Source: Mizuhopecten yessoensis
Lineage: Eukaryota
Direction: 5' to 3'
Length of the DNA stretch: 64,000 nt
NCBI RefSeq assembly: GCF_002113885.1
Contig: NW_018407955.1
Span: 833,649-897,648, forward strand
Position numbers and translations under genes: made by a program. Of this stretch, positions 13,214-25,765 are shown one piece after another. How positions within the stretch are numbered: position 1 is the first letter of the stretch; each line of letters opens with the position of its first letter. The notes under the pieces were generated by a model, which was given only the letters and a program-made list of their open reading frames with translations, did no database searches and had not been told where the DNA came from.

Positions 13214-16200
13214 CCAGTTGTATTTGGTGTCCTTTCTACTGTCAACCATGACTTTGTCTTAGTTGTATATGGTATCCTATCTACTGTCAACCATAACTTT
13301 GTCTTAGTTGTATATGGTATCCTATCTATTGTCAACCATGACTTTGTCTTAGTTGTATATGGTGTCCTATCTACTGTCAACCATGACTTTGTCTGAGTTG
13401 TATATGGTATCCTATCTACTGTCAACCATGACTTTGTCTTAGTTGTATATGGTGTCCTATCTATTGTCAACCATAACTTTGTCTGAGTTGTATTTGGTAT
13501 CATATCTATTGTCAACGATGACTTTGTCTGAGTTGTATATGGTATCCTATCTACTGTCAACCATGACTTTGTCTTAGTTGTATTTGGTGTCCTCCATAAC
13601 TTTGTCTTAGTTGTATATGGTTTCCTATCTACTGTCAACCATAACTTTGTCTGAGTTGTATTTGGTGTCCTATCTATTGTCAACCATAACTTTGTCTTAG
13701 TTGTATATGGTTTCCTATCTACTGTCAACCATGACTTTGTCTGAGTTGTATTTGGTATCATATCTATTGTCAACCATGACTTTGTCTGAGTTGTATATGG
13801 TATCCTATCTACTGTCAACCATGACTTTGTCTTAGTTGTATTTGGTGTCCTATCTACTGTCAACCATGACTTTGTCTTAGTTGTATTTGGTGTCCTATCT
13901 ACTGTCAACCATGACTTTGTCTTAGTTGTATTTGGTGTCCTATCTACTGTCAACCATGACTTTGTCTTAGTTGTATTTGGTGTCCTATCTACTGTCAACC
14001 ATGACTTTGTCTTAGTTGTATTTGGTGTCCTATCTACTGTCAACCATGACTTTGTCTTAGTTGTATTTGGTGTCCTATCTACTGTCAACCATGACTTTGT
14101 CTTAGTTGTATTTGGTGTCCTATCTACTGTCAACCATGACTTTGTCTTAGTTGTATTTGGTGTCCTATCTACTGTCAACCATGACTTTGTCTTAGTTGTA
14201 TTTGGTGTCCTATCTACTGTCAACCATGACTTTGTCTTAGTTGTATTTGGTGTCCTATCTACTGTCAACCATGACTTTGTCTTAGTTGTATTTGGTGTCC
14301 TATCTACTGTCAACCATGACTTTGTCTTAGTTGTATTTGGTGTCCTATCTACTGTCAACCATGACTTTGTCTTAGTTGTATTTGGTGTCCTATCTACTGT
14401 CAACCATGACTTTGTCTTAGTTGTATTTGGTGTCCTATCTACTGTCAACCATGACTTTGTCTTAGTTGTATTTGGTGTCCTATCTACTGTCAACCATGAC
14501 TTTGTCTTAGTTGTATTTGGTGTCCTATCTACTGTCAACCATGACTTTGTCTTAGTTGTATTTGGTGTCCTATCTACTGTCAACCATGACTTTGTCTTAG
14601 TTGTATTTGGTGTCCTATCTACTGTCAACCATGACTTTGTCTTAGTTGTATTTGGTGTCCTATCTACTGTCAACCATGACTTTGTCTTAGTTGTATTTGG
14701 TGTCCTATCTACTGTCAACCATGACTTTGTCTTAGTTGTATTTGGTGTCCTATCTACTGTCAACCATGACTTTGTCTTAGTTGTATTTGGTGTCCTATCT
14801 ACTGTCAACCATGACTTTGTCTTAGTTGTATTTGGTGTCCTATCTACTGTCAACCATGACTTTGTCTTAGTTGTATTTGGTGTCCTATCTACTGTCAACC
14901 ATGACTTTGTCTTAGTTGTATTTGGTGTCCTATCTACTGTCAACCATGACTTTGTCTTAGTTGTATTTGGTGTCCTATCTACTGTCAACCATGACTTTGT
15001 CTTAGTTGTATTTGGTGTCCTATCTACTGTCAACCATGACTTTGTCTTAGTTGTATTTGGTGTCCTATCTACTGTCAACCATGACTTTGTCTTAGTTGTA
15101 TTTGGTGTCCTATCTACTGTCAACCATGACTTTGTCTTAGTTGTATTTGGTGTCCTATCTACTGTCAACCATGACTTTGTCTTAGTTGTATTTGGTGTCC
15201 TATCTACTGTCAACCATGACTTTGTCTTAGTTGTATTTGGTGTCCTATCTACTGTCAACCATGACTTTGTCTTAGTTGTATTTGGTGTCCTATCTACTGT
15301 CAACCATGACTTTGTCTTAGTTGTATTTGGTGTCCTATCTACTGTCAACCATGACTTTGTCTTAGTTGTATTTGGTGTCCTATCTACTGTCAACCATGAC
15401 TTTGTCTTAGTTGTATTTGGTGTCCTATCTACTGTCAACCATGACTTTGTCTTAGTTGTATTTGGTGTCCTATCTACTGTCAACCATGACTTTGTCTTAG
15501 TTGTATTTGGTGTCCTATCTACTGTCAACCATGACTTTGTCTTAGTTGTATTTGGTGTCCTATCTACTGTCAACCATGACTTTGTCTTAGTTGTATTTGG
15601 TGTCCTATCTACTGTCAACCATGACTTTGTCTTAGTTGTATTTGGTGTCCTATCTACTGTCAACCATGACTTTGTCTTAGTTGTATTTGGTGTCCTATCT
15701 ACTGTCAACCATGACTTTGTCTTAGTTGTATTTGGTGTCCTATCTACTGTCAACCATGACTTTGTCTTAGTTGTATTTGGTGTCCTATCTACTGTCAACC
15801 ATGACTTTGTCTTAGTTGTATTTGGTGTCCTATCTACTGTCAACCATGACTTTGTCTTAGTTGTATTTGGTGTCCTATCTACTGTCAACCATGACTTTGT
15901 CTTAGTTGTATTTGGTGTCCTATCTACTGTCAACCATGACTTTGTCTTAGTTGTATTTGGTGTCCTATCTACTGTCAACCATGACTTTGTCTGAGTTGTA
16001 TATGGTATCCTATCTACTGTCAACCATATCTTTGTATTAGTTGTATTTGGTGTCCTATCTACTGTCAACCATGACTTTGTCTGCGTTGTATTTGGTGTCC
16101 TATCTACTATCTACCATAACTTGTTCTTAGTTGTATTTGGTGTCCTATATACTGTCAACCATAACTTTGTCTTAGTCGTATATGGTATCCTATCTACTGT

Positions 16201-16350
16201 CAACCAAGACTTTGTCTGAGTTGTATTTGGAGTCCTATCTACTGTCAACCATAACTTTTTCTTAGTTGTATTTGGTGTCCTATCTACTGTCTACCATAAC
16301 TTGTTCTTAGTTGTATTTGGTGTCCTATCCACCCTCAACCATAACTTTGA
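13214..16350. repeat. Minisatellite with a 45-bp unit CAACCATGACTTTGTCTTAGTTGTATTTGGTGTCCTATCTACTGT, about 69 copies. The central roughly 50 copies are near-identical and the flanks are more diverged.
   Basis: Read directly. 45 bp equals 15 codons, which yields the artefactual 952-aa ORF 13210-16068 ((WLTVDRTPNTTKTKS)n). Confidence 0.97.
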
Positions 16351-16975
16351 TATGATTACACTGGTGTCCCTGGGATTTACATAACATTTGGCATTATTAC
16401 ACTTACAATCAGACTGATGAATGGTTACATAACACACATGTACCATACTTCTACAACATACAAACACACACAAATTAGTGAATTACACACACCCTCACAC
16501 ACCTACCACACAGGCATGTGTACATAGTGGTGGAATCCCCCAGCACCAACATGTGGTGTGGGTTTGTGCAATACTTGGAGAGATCACCATGCCAACAGGC
16601 TGGCAGACCCACCACTAGTTCTAAACAGATTACTTCTCTTTGTTACCTAGATTGTTTGTGATTAGGTCACAGAAACAGATGTTCACAGTCCTCTGGTAGT
16701 GCTACACTGTCTTATATGCTCTTCCCTTCCCCTCCATACCATTACCCTAAGCTATTAATCATGGTTCCACTATTCTTTTTTACAGTCCCCATATATTCCA
16801 GTCCATTCTTATTCATACCTTCCCCTGACCTTCACAATCCAACCCTCACCCACATCTATTAATGCATTCTACTATGACTATGCATATTACCATATTTTAC
16901 CTATAATAAGCCCATTCTTGGTAATAAACCCACCCTTTATTAAACAGATTTTTGACCAGATTGCAGAGTATATTC

Positions 16976-17317
16976 ACTCCTTAATATATTAGATCATACC
17001 TGTCCATACCACTTTTGACGCAATCAGGGCTTATAGATTGGCGATTCCTGTCCTTCCGTCCGTCTGTCTGTCCGTCTGTCTGCGCTAAGGTTAAGAAGAA
17101 TGGTTTAGCTCAGTTTCAAAGTTAATTATTATCCCACAACAACTAAACTTGCATGGCTTATGTATCTAACTAAGCTATTCATATGCGATGCTTCGGATGC
17201 TGCTTCTGACCTACATTTTTCACTTGACTGACCATGTTAAGAAGATTGGTTGAGGTCAGGCCCCATCTGCACTATGGTTAAGAAGATTGGTTTAGGTCAC
17301 TAACCAGGTCTCCTGGT
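16976..17317. repeat. Right copy of the ~358-bp direct repeat described at 12856-13213. LTR-like terminal direct repeats of a composite element are possible.
   Basis: Near-identity to 12856-13213, including the embedded (GTCT)n. Confidence 0.85.
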
Positions 17318-20300
17318 TACACAGGGTAGTTTATATCTGTCTAACACGTTTGTTTGCTTTCCGTGTTCCAAGGGGGTGGAAGGCCCACGAAGAAACAACA
17401 AATCCCTGGTACTGAGGTAAACAACTGAAATAGTTTGACAAGGTATAACCACCATATACTTTCCACAAATTTCTTATTTGTATTTGTATATGAAGCCCAG
17501 ATGGCGATTCTTAATGATGTAGATGACCCCAACTGGTTTGAAAAAATGCTCAAAAATATCTTAAAATCTTCGTTTCTTTTGGTGCTTACCAGGTATGTGA
17601 ATTTCAACGGGTGTAACCCTACGATATACTGCTGAAAATTTGAAAATACAGTAGGGTCATCCCCTAAATGGTCCATCATTTTGAAGTCTGTCGTTTCAGT
17701 ATAATGAAAACTTTCCAGTCAGGTTTACAAATTCTTCAATCAAGCTTATAGTTTGATATTTGCAATCAGTAAAACTGCTCTAAATATGAGAAGGCCCAAA
17801 AATTGAATTAGGGTAAGAGTACAGAGCTAAGGACTTATTTGTATTTATTGCATTACTGAAAATACGAAAAAATCATACCAGTTTATACCAGTTACAGATG
17901 ATCACTGGTCTGCTGCTATATTTGTATTATTGAAGCATTGCTCTGACATGCTGGCTACCTCAAACTCATACTGTGGTTCAACAGCTGCCAGTCACATCTT
18001 TCAAAACAAAAAATGCTGAGGTGTTCCACATGAGTTAATACACACATGTGGAACACCTCAACATTTTTCTGGTTCAGTAAGCTATCAGCGCTGAAGCATG
18101 GCATGTTTATGAGTGTAGGACTGCTGTCAATCACCAATCACCAGGTTGTTCCGTTGGTTACATGATTACATGCAGGGCCTGATTACACACTTGCCAACCT
18201 TATTTAAATTTTTCATCAGGGAGAAACCATACAGCAAAATACGAAAATCTCTTGAAATGTTTTAGCATTAAATACGATATATCTTCAGCTTTTCTATGCA
18301 AAAAATAATTGAATTAAGCTAAAAGGGATGATGAAGGGAATTCCTGTTTTAACAGTCCAAAAACACTATGAAAAAACCTTAATGTAAGGAAACCTGATAG
18401 GTGCTACCCTAGACATTACACATTGAATCAGTGATTTGTGTTAGAGTTATCTCCCTTAAGAACTTTTTTATGCTCCCCCAATTATGGGTTTTTTAGAATG
18501 GGGATGTCTGTCAACACATTCTTGGTTGTACCACCCCTCCTAAAGTTTAGAGTTGAATTTTCATGAAACTCCAAAGTCAACATTCTCTAAAGTTGTGTAT
18601 ATCTTGATCAAGCCTTTTTTTAACGGAGTTATTTATGCCCATTTTCTTTCTGGTTTTCCATTTATAATTTTTGTGCAAAGTACTGCTACTTCTCTTCTTG
18701 ATTGATATTCATATCCATACATAACCAATAAATAAAAATTCAAGTGTAGATATTTCTGCGCTAATATGAACAAACACGAAAAAATGTGCATTACTACTTT
18801 TACAGTATAAGGTTTGTGTTAAATATTGGCTCTGGCCGATTTCACACCAGCTTGTCATTTATCCCATACACGTATATAGCTTTGCTTGTGTTGTTGTGGT
18901 AATACTGAATGATTGTCTCCAGAGAGTCCCTCTGTACCAGTCGGAGAGAATATGATATGCAATTATTGAGAGCTATCAAGTTTTTACCATCATCAATGAT
19001 TTGATTATCACTTTGGCTGGAATGGTTGGCCTCTGATCAACGCCAGGCAATCAGATCGTTCTGTTAAATGGGGTTAGTGTGGAACGGAGTACGCAAAGGT
19101 TAGATAATGCTGAAATATGTTGTTTTATATATTTAAAGCTGACAGTGCAAGTTAAAAAGCTTCAAATTGAGATTTAAAAAAAAAGTTTTTCTGGTTTTGA
19201 GATGATCTTGCGTGACAATCTCTTCTAACGCTGACATTTTAGAATGTACTTGCTTGGTAACGAATAAGGGTCTCTCTAGGTATAAAAATAGCATTACCCG
19301 TCAAACCGGTTATCATTTGTTCATTTGTTCAACATGTGCGCAAGGTGACACTACCATACTATATAAATAGAAACTTTCATGATTTTGAACCAACATCTTT
19401 TATCAGATAAGCAGAGTAAAATGGAAATGGAAGACATCAAAGATATCATTTATCTAAGAAAAACGGAAATATTAGTGAAATATGACCAATTAAAGTATCT
19501 GATCTCAGCCCCCCCCCCCCCAAAACATACCACTGACACTGATGCGTACCTTTTAGATTTCTCCTAGTTATAACATTGTATCTGAAAAACAGTACTAATT
19601 CCAATCATTTCCATGATAATGATAAAATTTCACAATGTTGACTTCTTTGAAATTCAGCTCTGAAAAGAAAACCATACCTTTCAGGATTAAGATGATATAA
19701 ACAAAACATAACCAGCAAGAGTTTTTCTGGATGTATAACTTGAGCAGGGCTAGACTGGGCTCCACAACCTAGACTTTGGATTGTTGTCCTATTGCTCAAA
19801 TGGACTGAGCTTCCTGACCAACTGAAGTGTCCTGGCACCGCTGTGCTACAGTTACAGTTGTGTGACCGCACAACGCACCTAAAATACCGTCCACACATCG
19901 TCCACACACCATCCCCACATCGTCCACACATGGTGCGCACAACTGTGCAATTTAACAATCGTTCACCCTTCACCTGGTTTTCACACATTGGCGAGTTACG
20001 TAAGTGCCCAGGGTGGGGGATAACTACGGTCCAGGTACAGGTACAAAGTGGCTTTGTTTACCTGTATTGCCGAGACTGTGTTGTAATTTTACATGTTTCG
20101 ATTTAGGTTGTTTAAAAAACACCAAAAACACCATTTCTAAATTAAAGAAAGTATAAACAGTAAGATAAGTTTAAAGATATAGCTAGGATATAGAAACATA
20201 CTAAATAATCAAGTCTATGTGTTTATAACACATGCATTAAACCGTATATATTGTTAAGGCATTCCTCAATTTACACCAACCACGATTGTTATCGCACAAC

Positions 20301-20464
20301 ATTCGCCCATCATCCGCACAAATGTGTGCAAGCAATGATCGTCCAATTTTTTATCGTTCGAACTTCGCGCACAAATCGTTCACACACCGTGCACACATCG
20401 TGCGCACACCGCACATCGTGTAACGTTGTGCGATCCCACAATCGTATATGCAACATGAAATTAA

Positions 20465-20531
20465 AGGGAAGTCACTGTATATACGAAAAACTACAGTGCT
20501 GTTGGACAGGGATCCTTAAGGACCACCTTCA
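20465..20531. mobile_element. Isolated about 65-bp terminal fragment of the TIR element (…GTCACTGTATATACGAAAAACTACAGTGCTGTTGGACAGGGATCCTTAAG). A second such fragment is at 44465-44531 and others at 21380-21423 and 24470-24542.
   Basis: Near-identical termini ending in CAGGGATCCTTAA(G/A). Confidence 0.65.
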
Positions 20532-20695
20532 TTACATGACATCCCTGGAGGAAAACCTGTCTAAGGTGTCCACTCTAATGAAGAAAAACCTCTATTATTT
20601 GACCAACTTTACATAATCAAGCAGAATGAATCTGCAGGGATCATTAGGATCAATAGAAATGGTTTAGTAGTACGACATGTGTTGTATTTGACCCT

Positions 20696-21423
20696 TAAAG
20701 ATCCCTGTACCACTGCCAAAAACTGTTAATCTGTAATGCAAACTGACTTTTTTAGAATGACTATAGCTTTGATAAATCATTTCTGAAAAGAAAACCATAC
20801 CTTATGTGATTTTATGAAAAATAAAAAAGATTAAATAAACAAAATATAATCAACACTGGTGTTCTGAGTGTAGAGAAATAAAACTGCATGGCTAGACCTG
20901 GATTTAAACCTTAAACTTCAGACTGCTAATCAATTGCTATAATCTATTGAGCTACCTGGTCGACGAAAGTATACTGGTCCAATTGTTCTACAGTTATATC
21001 CAAATGGAAGTTAAGGTTATTGCATGTAGGAACAAGCCATCGGGATTGATATGTCTCTCCTGTGCCCTGCTTTGACCATCAATGCACATGTCAAGTTTGG
21101 TTGGTCTAGCACTTATAATTTCAGAGAAACTAAGTTAAACGCAAAAACCTTATGTTGATTGAGATGCTGACAAAGTCAATGGACCATGAAAGGTAGGCCG
21201 CATCAGCATTAGATGCATGGGTTGAGATGTACTACCTAAGATGCATCTATGATCTAAGTTTGGTTGGTGTAGCACTTATTCTTTCAGTATGAATGGGTTA
21301 AACGCAAAAACTTAATGTTGATGCCGCCGCTGTTGACGAAAAAAAGCAACACCTGAGTCTCACTTCCGCTACTTCGTGGCGGCGAGACAAAAACCAAAGT
21401 GCAGGGGGACAGGGATCCTTAAT
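20696..21423 (-). mobile_element. TIR/tRNA-like element, long copy of about 728 bp bounded by TTAA on both sides. The internal segment of about 65 bp is duplicated (21095-21160 and 21250-21320).
   Basis: Left terminus CTTAAAGATCCCTGTACCACTGCCAAAAACTG, right terminus GCAGGGGGACAGGGATCCTTAA, and a tRNA-like module at about 20880-20960 (reverse complement …GTAGCTCAATAGATTATAGC…GTTTAAATCCAGG…). Confidence 0.7.
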
Positions 21424-22339
21424 ATCGCTTTAACACACCACTAGACTTGTCTATCATCACAATCCAGGGTGTATCATTGTAGCCGAAGTGACTGCCAATG
21501 TTTGGTTTGGCAGCACTCTGTTGAAACAGTAGGCTACTTAATAATGGATGGAGTTTATCATTAAAGATGATGAGTAGGGTGTCGCTCTATGGTATCACAC
21601 TGAGCAGAATATCCAATATTTGTGTTCATTGTGTTGCAAATTGAATAACAATGTCCATTGTGTAATTCTCCCAGTTAGGGTTATTTGGCTACAGTCTGTT
21701 TTGAACAATGAGCTTCTAAATATCTGGTGAAGTTATCAGTGAAGCTGATGACAAGGAGGACACTTAAAAGAATATCTCCATTATTTGTGCTGAGGGGTTA
21801 CATTATCAACACCATGGGGCCCTGTGAAATGTTTAGTCTGCCTAGCGGTTGGCCTGTATGGGAGGGAACACTGATGACAGCCAGGCTGACAGTGATGAGT
21901 GAAGATTTTCTTTAAACTTTAAAACTTGAGAGAATACTGATATAAGAAGCACGAATGATTGATAGCGTTTTCACTTCGATGTGATAACTTTGTTGTCAGT
22001 TCAGTTTAATTATTTTTTTCTAAAGAAAGATTTGATGATGTCTAATCACCAGGTTTCAGTAAACTTCTGCAATGTAATTTAGACTTGATGTGAAGCCTGT
22101 TAATCGAAATTGATTTGACTTTTTCCTGCGCTCAATCAAATTGACAGGATTTCTGATAAGCTCTGTCAAATAGATTAGAAATTCTGGAGTCTGGAGTTTG
22201 ACTCCCAGCTTTGGGATGGTATCGAAAGTGTGACCCCACTGATAGAAAATTACTTATATTATCTATATATCAGGGGAAGAAAAACCTAATTCTTCGCAGT
22301 GAGGTATCATCAAAATTAACTCAGGTTCTCTATATACCT

Positions 22340-22870
22340 TTATTTAAAGATGGCCTTGGTAGACAGGTGACCTTTATATTTAGGTGGTCATTGTAGACAG
22401 GTGACTTAAAATTTGTCCTTAATAGACAGGTGACTATTATGTTGAATTTTATATACAGGTGGTCATTGTAGACAGGTAACATATTATGTGACCTTTATAT
22501 ACAAGTGACTGTTATGTTAAACTTTATATACAGGTGGTCATTGTAGGCAGGTAACTGATGTGACCTCTATAGACAGGTTACCTTTAAAAACAGGTGACTA
22601 ATAATGTGATTTCATAGACAGGTGACCTTAACAGTTGAATGATACATTGATCTATATATATATACAGGTGGTCAGTGTAGACAGGTGACACCAATAAAGT
22701 GACTTAATTAACAGGTGACTTATAAACGTTGTTGCTAATGACTTTTAAATCCAGGTTATCATTGCAGACAGGTTGCAGATAATATGGCCTTTGTAGAGGG
22801 GTGACCTCTAATAATAGGTGATTGTCAGGGTGACCTTTATAGACAGGTGGCCATTTTATATAGACATGCT
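22340..22870. repeat. Degenerate tandem repeat built on TAGACAGGTGACC with variable 25-45 bp spacing, about 18 copies.
   Basis: Read directly. Confidence 0.85.
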
Positions 22871-23097
22871 ATCCTGTAGGATAGACTGGCCCCTTTGCTC
22901 TTGATTTCTAATCAGCGGATTCTATATCAAACAAGCGGCACTGCTACAGGGCATAATGTAGAAGGGCTTCAAAAATACACACTAGTTGCTACATAGTGTA
23001 AAATCATTCAATCAACATTCTTTGCCTTTTTTCTTTGTCTTACTTACTACCTATGGAGTCCTAACTCATTCACCCCTACATATATAAACTGGACTTG

Positions 23098-23160
23098 CCC
23101 AGTATTTGATTTGATAAGGTTCAAATGTGACTAAAGGGATGAATGGGTTAAATGTGGAGT
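23098..23160. mobile_element. Partial palindromic MITE of subfamily B, in reverse orientation (…TTGATTTGATAAGGTTCAAATGTGACTAAAGGGATGAATGGGTTAAATG).
   Basis: Matches the reverse complement of the 7388-7440 type. Confidence 0.6.
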
Positions 23161-23886
23161 AAGGGTATATGGGGGTATGGAGTTAAGAGCAAAATGGGGT
23201 TGGGTAGGATTATCTGTGTGTGTCTTTGAGAAAAGATTTTTTCTTGGTCTGCCATATGTCTGTCTGTTTACATAGGACTTAAGACCTGAAAACTCTATCT
23301 TTTCACAAGATACGTAGTCGTGAACAGATAGGCACTGCAGGTATATGTTGTACAATAAATTCCACTTTGTATATAAATATAGCCACCTGATGTTCCGTCA
23401 GTGTTGGCTCCACATCAGCTGTGCTATCCATTACACATCATTCCTACAAAAATAATGACGGAGGAATGTTTGTTGTAGCTACTTCCTATTACATAAGAAT
23501 CGTACCTGGGTAATACTACTACCAAACAGACGACCATTACGCAACGGAATCCCATTCACCGTAATTTTAGGTACAGAAGTGTTAAGTCTAATTTAACATT
23601 GCTTTGCAAAGCTACTAATAAACAGACCCATGCCAAAGGATAAACATCGAGCTCTTCTCTTTGGAGGTACAGAATGATGCCAAATCCAAAATAAATGTTG
23701 GCTGTACCTAAGATACTCAGCCGTAGTTGTTAGATGTTATTATAGGAAATTTCCTCACAACTTTTAATTAAGTTTGGAAAGAGCCCTGAGGCCAGATAAT
23801 GAAATATATCTGTTTTCTATTACCGTACTGGGTAGATACCTATTTACCAGTGATTGTTATGGGAGTGCATGATCTGGTATGAAATT

Positions 23887-24542
23887 TTAAGGATTCCTGT
23901 ACCACTAACAAAAATTGTAACAACCTTTTTCCTCCAGATACAAATATTTACATTTGCGTCCTCCTTCCTTTGTAATGCATTGAGAGAGGCAAATGTGATG
24001 TGAGACTATAACAACATTTGCTATTGCAATGTCATCAATCTCTTTTTTCACCAATTTTGTTATTATATTATGTCAACACTTACGGTTAATTTGCTGTTCA
24101 AACGACTGTTAGAAATAACTAAACAAAGCATATAACTACTCTATCACAATGTAAATATAAATAATGTATGTTTTAGCAAATATTGTTATGGTCCTATAAC
24201 AAACATTTCTGTTACTGACAAACTTATACATAAAGCCCTACTAGGCTTTATTAAGTTTGTCATCAATAGTTATGTCTGTTATATAGGACCATAACAACAT
24301 TTGCGAAAATATTCATTGCTTAAATGGCTTTGATAAATCATTTCAAAAAATAAAACCATACTGTCCGGAATAATTGTGAAAAATTATAAAAATGAAATGA
24401 ACAGAAATGAAATCAACAACAGTGTGACCAGATTAGGATTTGAACCCAGAACTTCTTATCATTGAGCATAATGTAGGGGAGGTAACTTTAAGTATGAAAA
24501 AAAATCATAGTAGTATGCCTGCTGTGGGACAGGAATACTTAA
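23887..24542 (-). mobile_element. TIR/tRNA-like element, about 655-bp copy bounded by TTAA on both sides.
   Basis: Termini TTAAGGATTCCTGTACCACTAACAAAAATTG and CTGTGGGACAGGAATACTTAA. A tRNA-like module lies at about 24420-24480 (reverse complement …GGGTTCAAATCCTAATCTGGTCACAC). Confidence 0.7.
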
Positions 24543-25679
24543 CATCATCTTAATTCCTTTTTGTAAAACTTACTAAAAATGGACAATTTTTTACTTGGCC
24601 TTTAGACCTTCAAAGTGGTGTGAGTTCCTATTGGTTTAACTGTTTCACCCCTAGGTAACTGGAATAGACTCTACCATACATTCATCTGGATGAGAGTCCA
24701 TTAAGGTTTACAGTGGTCAAAGGGTTAAGTTGTTATCTGATTCTGTTTTACTTCAGATATATGTCTGACTTGTAAAAGATAGCTGGGTTTTCCTGTTTAT
24801 ATGTCTTAGATACGCCGCACTAATGATGTAAAGATGATCTTTTTTTCATTGATAAAAAAACAACCCCTGCCTACACATGTTGCACTTGGATAAAAAAGTT
24901 TTCAAAAGATGACCTTGTGACCTTGTAACTATGATATAAATCTAAAATTAGATTGATTTTTCATCTGCATATGTGCGATACTCCTAACTAATGATATGAT
25001 TTTTATATGAATAAAAAAATAAACCCCCTGCCTTCCCATGATGCACTGGGGTTACAGCTATCTTAATCAACCATTTAATGTCCTTGACAGAATCCAATTA
25101 GCTGTGCTAAAGCCCCTAGTAAGTCCTCTTAGATTACCAGCCTGCTGTTCATTTAAGTTATCCATCAGAAGCTATACTGGGCTGAGTCGGACCTAGCAAT
25201 GGTAAGAAAGAATTCTGTATGCCAATTTCCATGGAGGAGATTACGTGTTCTCGGAATTAAAACATAAATGAAATGTGTGTATATTCCCTTTAGGGGAAAA
25301 CTAACCCTTTTGAATGGCATCTTTTGACCTGTTTTTTCAGAGGAAATCATCAGATCATAGAAAATAGGAATAGTTTAGAAAATTCACTGCATGGTTGCAA
25401 ATGCTCAATTTTAGGGTCCAAAATCGGGAGTCCCCTTCCAAAATAGGGAGAGTTGGCAAGTATGCATTTTTTTTAGCCTAAATGATTGTATAAGGCAACC
25501 AATATGGAAAACCCTTCAGAATTTAAAGTTTTATTTTCACCGTCTCCTGGTTCAGAGGCCTGCTATATCTATTCCATTATTGTTTCTGTTTCTTACACAT
25601 GTCCCTTTATGACATTGTTGTGCTGATCGGCCATTACAATTCTATAAATTAAATAAAATAGATAAATATTGTCTGTTAA

Positions 25680-25765
25680 CTAACTCATTGACCCCTGAAG
25701 ACACATTTGCACAATTAAAAAGTTGGAATAGTTCATTATGAAATTTCAGGGGTAAATGAGTGAAT
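25680..25765. mobile_element. Palindromic MITE copy (TAACTCATTGACCCCTGAAGACACATTTGCACAATTAAAAAGTTGGAATAGTTCATTATGAAATTTCAGGGGTAAATGAGTGAAT).
   Basis: Family termini present. Confidence 0.75.

Noticed and set aside
13210-16068. 952-aa minus-strand ORF ((WLTVDRTPNTTKTKS)n)
   Set aside because: It is a translation of the 45-bp (15-codon) satellite, with about 50 nearly identical units at the DNA level and degenerate edge copies. That pattern indicates satellite homogenisation rather than selection on a repeat protein.
19605-20616. ORFs 19605-19988 (-), 19792-20106 (+) and 20251-20616 (+)
   Set aside because: The region is low complexity, built from the motif CGTGCACACATCG / CGTCCACACA (cryptic repeat, His/Arg/Thr-rich in all frames). 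There are no splice signals or start context.
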